Part shown: one piece after another, positions 26,750-39,499 of the stretch | Position numbering within the stretch: the first letter of the stretch is position 1 | Layout of the letters: every line of letters begins with the position of its first letter | Assembly: GCA_013265495.1 (NCBI GenBank) | Contig: MU058714.1 | Coordinates: 930,001-994,000 of the forward strand | Length of the DNA: 64,000 bases | Source of the DNA: Vicugna vicugna | Lineage: Eukaryota | Direction of reading: 5' to 3' | Translations under genes and position numbers: made by a program | Notes under the pieces: generated by a model | Databases searched by the model: none | The model's input: the letters and a program-made list of their open reading frames with translations, nothing else | What the model was told of the DNA's origin: nothing

Positions 26750-26950
26750 TTGATCTGGTCCCTGCTCTCACTGCTGCCCCAGCTCTCGCACCCCCACGCC
26801 AGACTCCAGCTGACCTTCAGCGTCTCGTGCACTTGGCCTTTCCCCTCGTGTGGAACAGTTTTCTGTGCTGCTACCTGGACTCTGTTCTTGCATCAGGTCT
26901 CATCTTTGATGTCATTTTCATTGGAAGCCTTCCCTGAATCCTTAATCCTT
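26750..26950 (+). mobile_element. L2 fragment
   Basis: gcacttggcctttcccctcgtgtggaa...caggtctcatctttgatgtcattttcattggaagccttccctga. Confidence 0.6.
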
Positions 26951-27027
26951 AGTACCTTAAAAAATAATTACAAAACAAACCCTGGGAATGATGCCCACTC
27001 CTTTGTTCTCCCGCAGGGTGTTACATC

Positions 27028-27291
27028 NNNNNNNNNNNNNNNNNNNNNNNNNNNNNNNNNNNNNNNNNNNNNNNNNNNNNNNNNNNNNNNNNNNNNNNNN
27101 NNNNNNNNNNNNNNNNNNNNNNNNNNNNNNNNNNNNNNNNNNNNNNNNNNNNNNNNNNNNNNNNNNNNNNNNNNNNNNNNNNNNNNNNNNNNNNNNNNNN
27201 NNNNNNNNNNNNNNNNNNNNNNNNNNNNNNNNNNNNNNNNNNNNNNNNNNNNNNNNNNNNNNNNNNNNNNNNNNNNNNNNNNNNNNNNNNN
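27028..27291. other. Assembly gap, 264 N
   Basis: Run of N in the sequence. Confidence 1.
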
Positions 27292-27369
27292 GGTATCAGT
27301 ATTGCTCACTGGTCTCTAGACATCAAGAAAAGAAGCAGTGGAGACTGCCTCGTAGCTGATGACAGTGGC

Positions 27370-27700
27370 TGTGTCTTAAGTGCCTATCTCCAAATCTTTC
27401 CTCCAAAACAATGTAGAAAAACAAGAAGGAGGACAGTTTAGAAGGATGACAACACATTGTGTTGGCAGGACAGGCGCCCTGCTCCCTTGCTGGTGGGAGA
27501 ACAGGAGGCATCTCGCTCTGCCGGGGCAGGCAGTTCTGAGCACAGCTACACAGGCACTCACCTCCTGGCCCAGGGCTCCACTTTGGGAATCGACCCTGGA
27601 GATTGACCTCCAAAATGCAAAAACACATGGTCACAGGGTCATTCACAGCAGCCTCGTCTGTTCCAGGCAGGAGTCATTGACAGAGGCTAGAACTAGTCTT
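27370..27700 (+). mobile_element. Ancient L1MC/MD-like ORF2 end
   Basis: gacaacacattgtgttggcagga...tgctggtgggaga...ggaatcgaccctggagattgacctcc...gtcattcacagcagcct. Confidence 0.75.
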
Positions 27701-29899
27701 GGAAGGAGTGTTCAGATACAGTTGACTCGTCTTGAAATCTCTTCCCAGAAGCTACTTATTAATTACAAAGGGAAAATACAGCAACTTTCCAGCATAGAAG
27801 CTTGGCAGACTTTACTTACCGGGTGTGCAGAGTTATCACCACCAGTAACCAGACGTTGGCTCACCTGCTTGTGCACCGAGAGGCCGCACGCCACTCCTGT
27901 GGTTTTCTGGGCAGAACTGTGTCATGTTGAAGATTCAACATCAGAGGAGCCCAAACGAGGGAGGTGCTACAAAAGGCTGCCCGGTGTTCTTCAAAACGGT
28001 GAGGTTCATGAAGGTCCAAGGCCAGGCCCGTCACAGGTTAGAGGGGTCTGAGGAGTGTTTGCGGATCCGGCCCTGGTTCCTGACGGGAAGGGGCTGCCGT
28101 GCTGCTGGCGGAGGAGTCAGGTGGGGTCCGTGATGCACTAATACTGCTGGACCAGCGCAGATGTCGGTCTCGGCCTGCACTGTCCTTAAGATGCCGATCT
28201 TAGGGGGTCCCGGGTGATGGCTGGCGGGAATTCTGCGCCAGTTGTCAGTGCTCCTGAGTGTCTGAAATCATTTCAAAATAAGAAAAAAGAGGGGAGAGTA
28301 GGACTGATGTCTGCCTGTAGTTGTGTTTTGCACAAGGCCTGACAGCAGACCGTCGCCCGTTCACATTCTCTGACTCAAGATACACACCCTTAAAGAAAGG
28401 CATGAAGGGTGGAGCGAGCACTGGGCTGGGATTCCAGAACTGGGGCAAGACCCCTGGACAGAGCGCGTCCCCTGGGCCGGCGGCGCGTCATCAGGGTGGC
28501 CGGGAGCCTCCAGGCTTTTCCGCAGCCTGTGCCACTGCGCCCCCCCACTTCCTCACCTCTGGGCAGTGGATTTACGGCTCCGTCTGGGGGGCAGTTTCCT
28601 TTATTGCTTTTCCAGCAGCGACTGCCGTCTCCCGGGGCATTTCTCTGTCTCACTTCACAAGAAGTGCCTCTGCTTTTTCTGATTATTCATTATGTCCCTG
28701 CAGACACACCCGCTGTCTCTTACCACGGCAGCGCGTTAAGTATCAGTCAGTGGTACGAGCCTGCCTGCATCAGGAGTGACAGAGTCCCAGAGTGTGTGGT
28801 AGGCTGACCTGTGGTCCCCAGAGAGGCTTACCCACGTCCGCACCCTCAGGACTGGTGAACACCGCCTCCTGCAGCAACGCGGTAAACGACACTTCCTCTG
28901 GCCAAAGACGTGATTAAGTTAAGGTCTTGCGAGGAGAGGAGCATCCCGGCTCACCGGGCGGTCCTGCTTGCGTCTGGAAAGAGGCGGGCAGAGCAGCAGC
29001 GAGGCCGACTCAGAGGCCACGCGCGGGTGGAGCAGGCACGCGGGCGATGTGGCCGCCATCCGGGTGCCCGGGGCCGGCAGGGAGTGTCAGGGAGCACTGG
29101 TCTGTCGACGCCATGGCTTTGGACTCCTGTCCTCTGCGGCCGTGAGAGGGCAGATCTCTGTTCTGAGCCACCGCCTTCTGGTGGTTTGTTTCAGAAGCCT
29201 GGGAAACTGGCACACACGGGGTGTGGGGAAATTCTGTCCCCGGGCATGGACGCGGTTAACTAGCCTGACGGTTACGGGGACAGCTCGGCTTTACTACCAC
29301 CCTTCGCACCGCCAGGTTGGTAACGTCTGGCCCCTGTGTGCCCTCTGGAAGAAAACAGGGGTGGGGCCTCTGTGTTCTTAGCGTGGACCAGAGTGCCTCC
29401 CGCTCCCTGTCTTCAGCCGGTCCCCGGCGGTGTCACCCTCCTCCCTCAGTGAAGGAGGAGGTACGGGCCCTTGAGGCCCTTGCGGGTGGGTGGCCCTGGG
29501 CAGGCTGGCTGGCTTTGGCCCTCAGAGTCAGCACAGAGGGGCGCGGCCTGAGCACGTGCTTCTCACTGGGCGTTGGGCAAGAAGCCGGGAACCGTCCCAG
29601 ACCCACTTGCCGCACGCGCGCGGCTCTCCCTCCGCCCTGCCCCCCGGGCGGCCCTTCCCGCCTGCCTGCGCCCGCCCCCTCGTGGCTCCTTGGTCACTTA
29701 GCCTAGTGACCGTTTTCCCCTTTGTAGGCGGTAATTTGTGGGGACACCTGGAGACTGTGTGATGTTCCCGTTCCTTGTTGTTTTGTGTCCATCGATGAGT
29801 CTTCCTGAATCGGCTGTTCCCATGACGGTTGCCACGTGCTGGTTTTCTTTGCTTTCCTTTTCTTTGTTTTTAAACATCCCCACGGCTTACGTGTTTTAT

Positions 29900-30165
29900 A
29901 GCTGGGAGTTTGCACCCTTTGCCCCTTTGCCTGTTTCTGATTTTCTGACTCCATTTTTCCTTCTGCGTCTGGGAGTTGGTGTTCTACTACGAGACAGAAA
30001 TTTCATCCCCACTTACTTTTTCAATTATTCACTCTTTTCTGTCATCATCAAGTTAAAGAAAGTTCTTATTTTTTCTGGGAATAGTCTTCTACTGTCAGTA
30101 TTTATTTTGAAACTCTGGTTCCAGATTTGGCTGCTGGTGACCCCTTCGAGCTCACTTTAGAAAAA
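29900..30165 (-). mobile_element. L1ME-like 3' fragment
   Basis: ccagatttggctgctggtgaccccttcgagct resembles L1ME (ccagatttggccagtgggagccccttcaagct). Confidence 0.55.
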
Positions 30166-30171
30166 AGTTAC

Positions 30172-30294
30172 TTATTTTTTTTAGGGGGGGGCAGGTACTC
30201 AGGTTTATGTATCATTTGGTGGAGACGCTGGGGATTGAACCCAGGGCCTCATGCTGGCTGAGCACGCACTCTTCCACTGAGCTATGCCCTCCCC
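30172..30294 (-). mobile_element. tRNA-derived SINE, camelid Vic-1-like, full length
   Basis: ggggattgaacccagggcctc...cactcttccactgagctatgccctcccc plus tail tttttaggggggggcaggtactcaggtttat. Possible target-site duplication cactttagaa / cactttttagaa. Confidence 0.9.
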
Positions 30295-30619
30295 ACTTTT
30301 TAGAACAACGCTTCCCTTCGGTGGCTTCCTGCCCCAGCGAGATGGACTGACCCACCTTCGCCTCCCCCGGTGAGCCATGGAAGGGGCCGAGTCCCCAGGA
30401 GCCAGTTCTTTTCCCCGGCGGCTGGTATTTGGAAGCTGGGGTCCAGGCTCTGGGGTGTCACTGCTCATGGCTCCCGTCACCTCCGTGCGCTGACTCGGGG
30501 GGTCGGTCCTGCAGGAACCCAGGAGGCGTGAGCATCACCCCCGAGTCTCAGCGTGTGAGGAGTCAGCCTCAGAGCAGTGCGGCTCCCGCCTCCCTCCTGC
30601 TGGTGACGAGTCTCATTTG

Positions 30620-31290
30620 TTTCAGCTTTATCTTCCTTGTGTTTCTTTCTTAAAATAAGAGACATGTTTATTTCCCTCTTTCCTGTTCTCTTTCACACAG
30701 GTGTTGTATTACATGCTTGCTTCTCCTTCCTGGTGAATCTTGAGCGTCACCCGTGTCGGGTTCCAGGAGCCGTCCTCATTGTGTTTAGGGCTGTGTCACA
30801 CTCACCTGTGTGGATGTTCTGCTATTGTTCAGTCGCCTGCAGACGCCCCTGCGACTGTATTTTGTGGCCGCGTACAACACTGCCTGGAGTCACCTCGCTG
30901 AGACGTTTTCTGTACAATTAAGGGTGTTCTCTTTATGGTCAATTTGTAGTATCACTGGGTCAAACGTAATGCCTACGTGGGTTGGGCGTCACTCTCAGAT
31001 CCCCCACCTGCGGATCGCGCACCGTTTTACGTCCCCGCCAGCGGCGTGTGGAATGCCGATGGCGGAGGGCCCCGTGGTGCTGCCTGACGCCCGCTCTCGC
31101 GTGCAGCCTGCCGGGTGAGCGCCATCCCCGCGTTTCCATTCTAAGTGAGGCTGAGCACTTTTGTGTATTTACGGGCCACCTCCTTACCTTCAGCTGTGAA
31201 TTGTCTGTTCAAGCCTTTTGCCCGTTTTTCTCCCAGGCTTTGCTTTATTTCCATAATTTAGAACTTCCCGGGTAATGGCTGCTACAGCCT
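30620..31290 (-). mobile_element. Ancient L1ME-like fragment
   Basis: ctaagtgaggctgagcacttttgtgtatttacgggccac...tgtgaattgtctgttcaagccttttgcccgtttttc. Confidence 0.7.
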
Positions 31291-32480
31291 GTAAGTTCCC
31301 AGCCGCCTCTGACTGCCGAATCCCTTCCAGCGGTGAGGGTGGGGCGGTCAGAGTCACCCGGGGGACAGAGCAGGGGGCCCCCAGGGGGAGCACGCTCATC
31401 CTCTCCGGGAAGGACTTCCCAGGTACCCGGATGGTGGCCCGTGGTGGGGAGGGCGTGGGCAGGACCCTGCCGGGGCGTCGTGGGAGGGGCAGCCGCCCGG
31501 CTCTGCCGGGCCCGCCCGGGGCTGCTGGTTTCTGAGGTTCCGTGCCTCGAGATGAACGACGGGGGGTGTGCTTCTGAGAGCGTGGTCGGACTCCAGGCCA
31601 GCCCTGGACGGCCGCAGACTCGGCCCGGGAGCGGCGTCTGGGAGGCGGCTCGTCCCTCCCCGTCCCGTGCGAGTGGCCCTTTTGCTGCAGGAAATGGAGA
31701 GAAGAGCTCTGCTCCGTCTTCCCCCGAGCCGTCTGCACAGTCGCGATTTCTCTGCAGTGAGTCTGTGTCCTGGAAAGCGCGGCTCCCGGGAAGGCGCGAA
31801 GGAGTGTCTCCGGACGGCGCGCTTCCGCAGGGTGGCTGTGGGGCTGAGTGGGGACCCCCGCCCGGCAAGAGGGGTCTGAGCCCGTCTGCTTCGGGCCCTT
31901 AAATGTAATTTATTCTAAATCTCACCTGTGATTTGTCTTAATGGGAACCTTTGCAGCGGAGGCTGCGAGGGTGAAGGTCACGGAGCTCGGTGAGCCGCCG
32001 TGCCTCGTGAGCGCAGACGCAGACGGCCAGCTCCCGCTGCTTCGCGCAGGGGGCGGGGCGGGGCCTGTGTGGGTGGGGCTCCGGGGCCCTCCGCCCCGCC
32101 CCCCTGCGCGTCCCGGCGGCCGCGCTTCTCTGCGCGGGGGAGGGGTGTGCGGACTGGGCGCCGCGCGCGCGGCCTCGGGGCTGCGCGCGAGGCGTGTGTG
32201 GACTCTTTCCGGCTGCTTCGTGTTCTGAGCATCCCTTCCCTGGAATGAAGTGATAGCCTCAGAGTGCAGCGTTCAGGTTTTAAAAGGTGAAATGAAGGAG
32301 GTTAACAGCAAATTCTGAAGCTCTGAAGCCCGGTGCCCCCACGTCCACGGCAGCTGGCGGCCTTGGTCCGGGCTAGGGGGGACACCACACCCTTCCCGCG
32401 GCCCCACCCGCAGCCCCACCTGCGTCCTGCCAGCAGGGCTCACCCCCCGCCTGGCAGCCCTCGCCACCCTGAAGCCCGGG
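31270..32480. promoter_or_regulatory. Intronic CpG island with tandem SP/KLF GC boxes
   Basis: Dense CpG, for example gggcgccgcgcgcgcggcctcggggctgcgcgcga. GGGGCGGGGCGGGG at 32050-32063 and the reverse array at 32091-32104. Confidence 0.7.
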
Positions 32481-34184
32481 GCCCAGTGAGTGCTGGCAGA
32501 TGGAGCCGACGGGTGGTCTAGGTCAGGTCAGGTTTGCTGCGTCTTGGTTCTTCATTAGTGTTTAGTTCTAACCATCCTGTATTTGAGAGTCTTAATTTTA
32601 CGGAACATCATCGACGTCTTAGGGCTTTACTGACGTACGTGTAGGAGCAGCGTTCGCTCGCCCGCGCCCGCTCCACGCTGCGTGGCCGCCCGGGCGTGGA
32701 GTCAGTGTCCGTGCTGTGGGGGTGCAGGGACGTCCCGGAGGGAGTCAGGGCCCGAAGTCGGAGGACCGATGTGTGCTGAAGGTGCCGTTCAAGGTGAGGG
32801 CTTCAGCCGTCTTGGCCAGTTACGCGGTCTTCCTGGGTCTCCCCGTGTACGTGTGTTATTAAACTTCGGTTTGACTTTCTCCTGTGAATCTGTCCACGGC
32901 TGGCAGAAGGACCTGGAAGGCAGAGGAAAATGTCCTCCTCCCCGACAGCCTCTCTGGTGGGGCAGTCCAGCTCTGCTGGAGAGTGAAGGGCGTGAAGGCA
33001 GCCTGTGCTGCTCCCCGCCGTGCCCCTTGCCGGGTCCCTCTGTCCCTGCTCCTGGGACGGATGTGCCTCTGCAGAGACTGTGGCCTCTCGCCAGCCGAGG
33101 GCTGCAGCCCGGCTGGGGAGCGGCTGCCTGGTCCACACAGAGGCCCTCATGGGCTGGTGCTGGCCCTGGGCAGCCTGGGGTGCGGGCCGGCAGCCAGCCC
33201 ACGCAGCTCTGAGGGACTGCAGATAGGTGCTAGCAAGGACACGACTGCCTGGAAATGTTGCTTCAGGTGTTTCTTAACATCTGTCTGATGATCTCACGTT
33301 TGCGGCCTTAGTTTCCGTGCAGCCCTTTGAGGCGAGCAGGACACCTTCACGGGCCGGTCCGTACACTCCTCACCCCAAACAGCGGAGGCCGGCCAGCCGC
33401 ATCTGTGTTCCCCGCAGCAGCCACTCCTAGAGAAGCTTTGCTCGACAGTATTTACTCACAGAAACCTGGTCTGCGCGGCGGGGAGGGTGCTGGCCTGGCG
33501 TGGGGGCAGCGGTCACTGTGCCCCCACATCTGGTCTCCCCCGGGCCCTTCCAGCCTCTGATGCGCAGGACGGGGCTTTGGCCTCCTCGCCCGAGTCTGGC
33601 CTCCGGGGCGGGACTGTGTGTGCTTTTCTGATGCAGTCGGAGGGGATGATGTGGCCGAGTGTCCTGTCAGCTCCAGAGGTTACCCAGGGAGAGGGACCCG
33701 CCGCACACGCAGCTCCCGGCTCTCCTCAGGCAGCTGCAGAATGGGATGTACCCACAGCGACTGGTGGTGGGAGTCTGCACTGAATTAGAGGCAGCTGAAT
33801 GAACCTTCCACCGTTATTGTGCCTTCTTGTTGTGTTTCAAGCTTGAGAGGGTTTTCTGAGACAGCAGTATCTGAGCTACATCTGTGAAACGTTCTTTCCC
33901 AGACGTGTTACTCCTTCAGGTTATTGGTACGTGCGTCTTGCTGTGCTAACAGCACGTTTAGGGTTTTCACCTGTCTGGGCACCTTCTTTAAATGTCTGGC
34001 CAACATGCTTCATGTGAGCAAATTTTCACCAAAAAACAACCACTTTTGAGTTTACCATGAGGTTATATGTAAGAATAATTCTAAGAAAGTTCCTTTTAAT
34101 CAAGGAAACATTTTGAAATGCTTTTCACATGTTTGTCTCTTTCTTTGTTTCTGTGGCTCATTCATTTGTTAGTTTTGAGGCTTT

Positions 34185-34400
34185 TTATTGTGGAAAGTGC
34201 CGACCTCTTCCCCATCGTCCGTCTTCAGCAGCGATCCGCCTGACCCGGTCCTCTTTCAGCTGTGCCGCCCACTGCCCCCAGCCCCCCGGCTTATTGTGAA
34301 GCAGATCCCAGACATCGTGTAGTCTCACCTGCAAACGTTTCAGCGTGTCTCAGGGGTAATAATGGCTTTAAAAAGCCACACGCACACAGAGCGTATCTGA
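34185..34400 (-). mobile_element. L1MC/ME-like 3' fragment
   Basis: ttattgtgaagcagatcccagacatcgtgtagtctcacctgcaaacgtttcagcgtgt. Confidence 0.65.
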
Positions 34401-35885
34401 ATCAGGACATAAGCAAGGCGACTACGTTGTGGTTGGCGGGTCTAACCCTGTTAACCCACAGAATTAACGTAACGCCGCCCGCACCCCCGTCCTGCTCCGG
34501 CCGTCCTGTGTCTGTCTCTTCCTGCAGTTTACTGGTTGAGGAAAGCAGCTCACGCGCCCTGAAGAGTTCCTTGAGGTCTGGGTTTTGCCAGCCCCATACC
34601 CCCGCCCCTGCCCCAAGTCTGGGCCAGGCTTGCCCAGTGGAGGGGTGTTCGGCACAAACTGTGGGTGCTGGTGTGCATGGTGACAGCGCCTTCTGTCTGT
34701 GAAGTTCGCGGTCCTCGATCGCTTCCCGGCCCCGCGCGTTAGAGGCTGCCGAAGGCGCCGTGACTGTTTCTCCTCATCTGCTAGCTGGTGTGTCTGTGGA
34801 GCAGAGCTCCCTCATCGGTTACTGGGGTTGCCTGGAGCACAGTTCATGTCGGAAAGCCAGTGTGAGCACTGGGGTTCCCTTCCCCCTTTCACAGCGGCGA
34901 GTGGGCTTCCCCGAGGGCAACCAGCAGGGAGCGTGAAAGCTGGTTGCACTTGTTGATCGTTGATGCTCGTGTTGTCTTGTCTTCAGCAGTGGGAGCCCCC
35001 ACGGGTGGCTCCCGGGTCTTCTCGACACAGGTGTGGTGGCCTCGGTCACTCGTTCCCTGTCCAGAACAACAGGTCTGGGTGTTCTCACTCCTGCGGTACC
35101 TCCTCTGCTCCAGGCCTGGGATCAGCCGCTCTCCAAGGAGCTCTGCTTTCCTGTGGTGGGAACTGGTGTTTAGAGAGCTTAACCCGAGCCCGGGGTGCTC
35201 GCTGCTTGTGCTTGTTCTCGCGCTCCCTCTGTTTTGACGGTAGAATGTGTTACGAGCTCTGAACTGCAGCCCTAGGACTGCAGGGTTTTGTTCATCCCCT
35301 GGGTCTTAGCTGTGTGCGCCTCTCCCACCCCGAACATCCAGACTCTTGGTGGACACCAGCGCGAGCATCGCTTCTACCCCAGCTTGTGCTCTGCACTCTG
35401 AAGGCTGCGCCAGCACCGCGCATACCGCTGCTGGGAGCTGTGCCCGGGGGTCTGCAGCTCTTCCCGCCGCCAGGGCAGAGCCGCACGGAGAGCTCTTCTG
35501 CCCTGGCTCTGCGCCCCTGGATGCACGGGTACCTTCACTTGTCTCATTTTACTCATGGCTTACAAGGAACTGCTTTAAACATTTTTTAAATTTTGCTTTC
35601 AGTTATGTAAAATCTTTCATGGATCCAAAGTCTGATAAACAAAACAGCATATATTCAAAGAAGTCTGGCTTCTGCTCCCGCCCCCTTCCTTCTGCGCGTG
35701 GTGTGTAAACGTCCCAGCAGACACACACGTGTGTACATGTGTAGCCACACCCACACGCACATTTGTTGTCCTTTCTTGGATAAGTAGTAGTAATACACGC
35801 TTTTCTCCACTTTGCCTTTTTTCACTTCATTGGATTAGAATCTGTGTGTCCTCGTTAGAATCAGAATTTCATTTTTTCCTCTAAA

Positions 35886-36035
35886 GCAGGTTTTCTCAAA
35901 CCCAGCAGTGCTGACACTTTGGGCCACATACTTTATCTTTGTAACAGTAATGTCCCCACGTCTGTGAGGATAGTTGTGGGATGTTGGCAGCTCCCCTGGC
36001 ATTTACCCCTCAGGTGCCAGCAGACCCCCACCCCA
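35886..36035 (+). mobile_element. MER20 (hAT-Charlie) fragment
   Basis: caggttttctcaaacccagcagtgctgacactttgggcc...ggatgttggcagctcccctggcatttacccctcaggtgccag. Confidence 0.8.
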
Positions 36036-37714
36036 CCCCACCCGCTGTGCGAACCCAGCCTGTCTGCAGACCTCACTGAATGTGCCGCTGGGTAGGCAGC
36101 GGGTGTGCAGAATTTCTCCCTGATGAGAAGAGCGTTTCTCACGTCTGCTGGGGGGGATTCTAGACCCGTCTGCAGAGACCACAGGAGCCCTTAATTCAGA
36201 AGTGGATTCAGACCCCACCTACCTGACATAGTGGCTTCTGTGTTTGGACTGTGAGCACGGAGCCAGCCCCCGGCTCTCTCCTGCCTCTCCCTCAGAGTAA
36301 GAGGGGAGGACAGAAGCACTGTTACTGAGTGCGGGAAGAGGCGGTGATTCCACGTGAGACTGCCCTTCCTGGGACGGTGCGTGTTGGAGGCACCAGGCGT
36401 GACTTTGCCCTTGTGCGGGGGCCCCGTCCTCAGTGCTGGCGTCCACCACTTCCTCCCCGCAGGCGCCCGTCGGCAGGGCCGCTTTCCCTCCGCAGGGGGC
36501 GCCAGTCAGGCCGCGCTGCTGGCTGGGGAAGCAGGCCGGGGCATTCTGCCCCGGGGCCGTGAAAGTATCCAGACTGGTGTTCCAGAAAACCTCCCGCGGG
36601 GCGGACAAGCACCGGCCCAGGCAGGAGACTCCTTCCCCGCCGGGTGTGGAGGCCCCGGCGCCTGCAGCTCACCACGGGTGCCCCCGAGGCTCCTGCTGCT
36701 CCTCGGCTCAGCCTGCACCGAGAGGGTCAGCTTCAGCACTAAGAGAAATCGACTGAGGTTTCTCTGAACAGTAAATAGACAGGTCAGTGAGAATGCGGCT
36801 GTGGCAGTTGGAGGTTGGAGTTTACAGCCGTGGACCAGGTGGAGGTGGACTCGGCTCCCCCGCTGGGGTGGGCCCCGGGGCGGCGCCGTCGGGGGCCTGA
36901 CTCGGGAGGACTCAGGAGGCAGGAGGCAGTGAGCGCGTCCTCGGGAGTCGCTCGGGTGCCCGTCTCTCTGCGTGGTGCGGGCTTGGTTCACGGCGGTGGG
37001 CACCTAGCAGGTGCTCTGCAGGCCCGGTTGGGCAGCTGTTTAACAAATGCCCGTTTCCGACCCCACGTGCGGCCTCCTCCTGCCACTGGGGGCTGCTTTA
37101 TTCCCGTGTTCACTCTTCTACTGGCAAAGGTAACATTTGTGGGCTGTTTCTGGAAGCCCTCTGCAGAGGCACAGAGCCTGGTGCGGGCTGGAGTGCCCTG
37201 TCCCTGCGTCCAGCAGGCGCTCTGATCCTGGTGCCCAGGCCCCGGTCCCACGCCGCTCCGTCCGCTGCACACACCGCACTGCGCTCTGAGTGCTCCTTCT
37301 CTGCCCGCGGGCAGCTTAGTAAATACGAATGTTTACTGACCTTGCTTGGAGGCCGTCCGGCTTTCACGGAAGGAGGCAGTGGGGTTTTTCAGTGCTGACA
37401 TGGAACTGTTTGGAAAAATCAGTCGCGGTGAGTGGTTTAGGCCGGGTCCCCCTGGCAGTTCTTGGCTTTGCTGCTCAGTCAAGGCAGGCGTTTGGGGTCA
37501 GGCTGGGCTTCAACCCTTCCTGAGGGGAAAGGCTTCCTGTTAGTGGGGTGTCAGAGCCCAGAGGCCATGCAGGAGCCAGTCGGGGGCCAGCACGCGGGGA
37601 CGCCCCTTCTGTCCTCCTGCTTCCTGATCGCCTCTGGTCTGTGACAACTCAAGGAAACTCACTGTCAGTCTCAGATCTCCATGAATGTCCTCAGGCTGTC
37701 TGGCTTTGACGTGA

Positions 37715-38045
37715 GCCCTGCTACACGCCTGCTGTGTGACCTGGTAGTAGTTACTGAACCTCTCTGTGCCTCAGCTCCCTACTTGTAAGGCAGTCCCTGC
37801 TTTACCTGGTGGTTGGGACGGTGGCCGGTACGTGCAGTGTGAGTGCCGATCTCTGTCCTCGCCTCCCCTCAGTCTTGTGACTCACGCCTTCTCCTGTGGT
37901 CCCCACACCTGCGCAGCAGGCTGGGCAGGAGTATTTTAGCTGTTTTGTAGGGATTGAGGATTGAGGATTGAGGTTAGGTTTGGTTTGTGAGCTTTCCCAG
38001 CTCGAACAGCTGATGAATCACTGATGGGGTGAAGCCAGGCCCTCC
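37715..38045. mobile_element. Two MIR fragments in opposite orientation
   Basis: gctgtgtgacctggtagtagttactgaacctctctgtgcctcagctccctacttgtaa (+), then gtattttagctgttttgtagggattgagg...ggtttgtgagctttccca (-) with a (GATTGAG)3 expansion. Confidence 0.65.
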
Positions 38046-39499
38046 ATCTCGGGACCCCAACCCTTGTGAGGGGCAGGGCTCAGCAGCGGGCACCCCTGAC
38101 TCTCTCCTGGGTGGCTCACCTCCAGTATCGAGAGGGGAAAGGGTAGCACCGGGGAGACTGCACCCCGGGGGAAGGAGCCAGCGCAGAGCTGTCACCTGGA
38201 TGGATGCAGGGGAGGGGAGGGGGCCCAGGAGGACGCCACATCTCCCCGGAGGCCTCACTGAAACTTGGCTTGCTCGTGGCCTGTCTCTCTTGCAGGTGGG
38301 ACGCGGCGTTGACAGCGGCGGTATTACTGTCAGCCCCAGAAACGGACCAGAACGTGCTCGTGGGGCGGGCCGCAGTGAGGTGGGCCAGTCACTGGCCGTG
38401 GCCCAGCCAGAGCCTCCCATGAGACACTGCTGCCCTGGGCGGGTCTTGGTGGGTGTGGGCGGCGGGATCCGTGCAAATGTTGGTGTCCGGCACCAGGCTG
38501 CCCGGCGAGGCAGGTGGAGCGGGTGCTGGGACAGTTTGAGCCGGAACCTTGCAGCCTGTGGCCCACGGGAGGGGCTCTTAGAGGACGGAGCATAGGTTTT
38601 AGAAATGATTCACTGCCTGCAGTAGGAGGGGCCTGGGCTGCTGAAGCAAACGTGCGTGCCAGGCCAGACCTCTGCTGACCGCGCGCCGGGAGTCCTTTCC
38701 CGCAGTGACGACCACGCAGGGGAACGTCCCTTGTCTGCCGGCCACGCTCAGAGCCGGGTCCTACTAAGAGGTCATTTTGAATGAGACCTAATGTGATGCC
38801 TTGTGTGTCGCCTGCAGCTCCAGCAGCATATGGGAAGTGATCTGTGACTTCTGAGCTTCTAGGCTTCTTCTAAAGGTCTCCTCTTATTTCTGCAGAGCAA
38901 GTGCACTGGGTTCTGCCCGCGCCGAGTGAGCAGACTCGGGCTGCGTGGGTGCAGGACCAGAGTGCAGAAGGGAGGGCGAGGCCCGGGGCTGGGCGGCGGG
39001 GCGGGGCCGGCTCCGCTCCCCAAGGGGCTCTGAGTGGCCTTCTCTTGGCGAGATGGGTTGTATTTGTTCGAGACCCACGTTTTGGTGACGAGTTTGTGAA
39101 GGATCTGTTTGCATTTTAGATGAAAACTGCAGCTGTTCCCCGGGCGGGACGCTCAGAGCCACCCCAAGCCCTCAGGCCACGGGGCTCTCGGGGAGGTTTG
39201 CAGACCGAACGCTTGTTTGCACTTCAAGGACCCCTGTGTTTCGTTTCAACTTTAAGATGAGGGTCGTTGTTCCTTTGTTTCTTTGTTTTAATTCAGAGAC
39301 TTGATTAAGACTCTGCGACATCGCCCTAACAGTCTTACAATGATAACAGCAGGAGAAAGTTACACAAGGCAGCATCGTGCTATGAGATAGTGAACATGTA
39401 TAAACAGAAGATAAAACATGCAAGTGGGCAGGACAGTGAACTTGTCTTGCGCAGCCCTGTGCCCGTGTCCTTCCTGGTAGCTGACAAGCTCTGAGGTCT

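Noticed and set aside
26750-27359. ORFs spanning the N run
   Set aside because: Artefacts of translating the gap.
36488-36504. Additional CTCF-like motifs (ccgcagggggcgcc; also near 31378 and 58684)
   Set aside because: Mismatches at informative positions, and such matches are expected by chance at this GC content.
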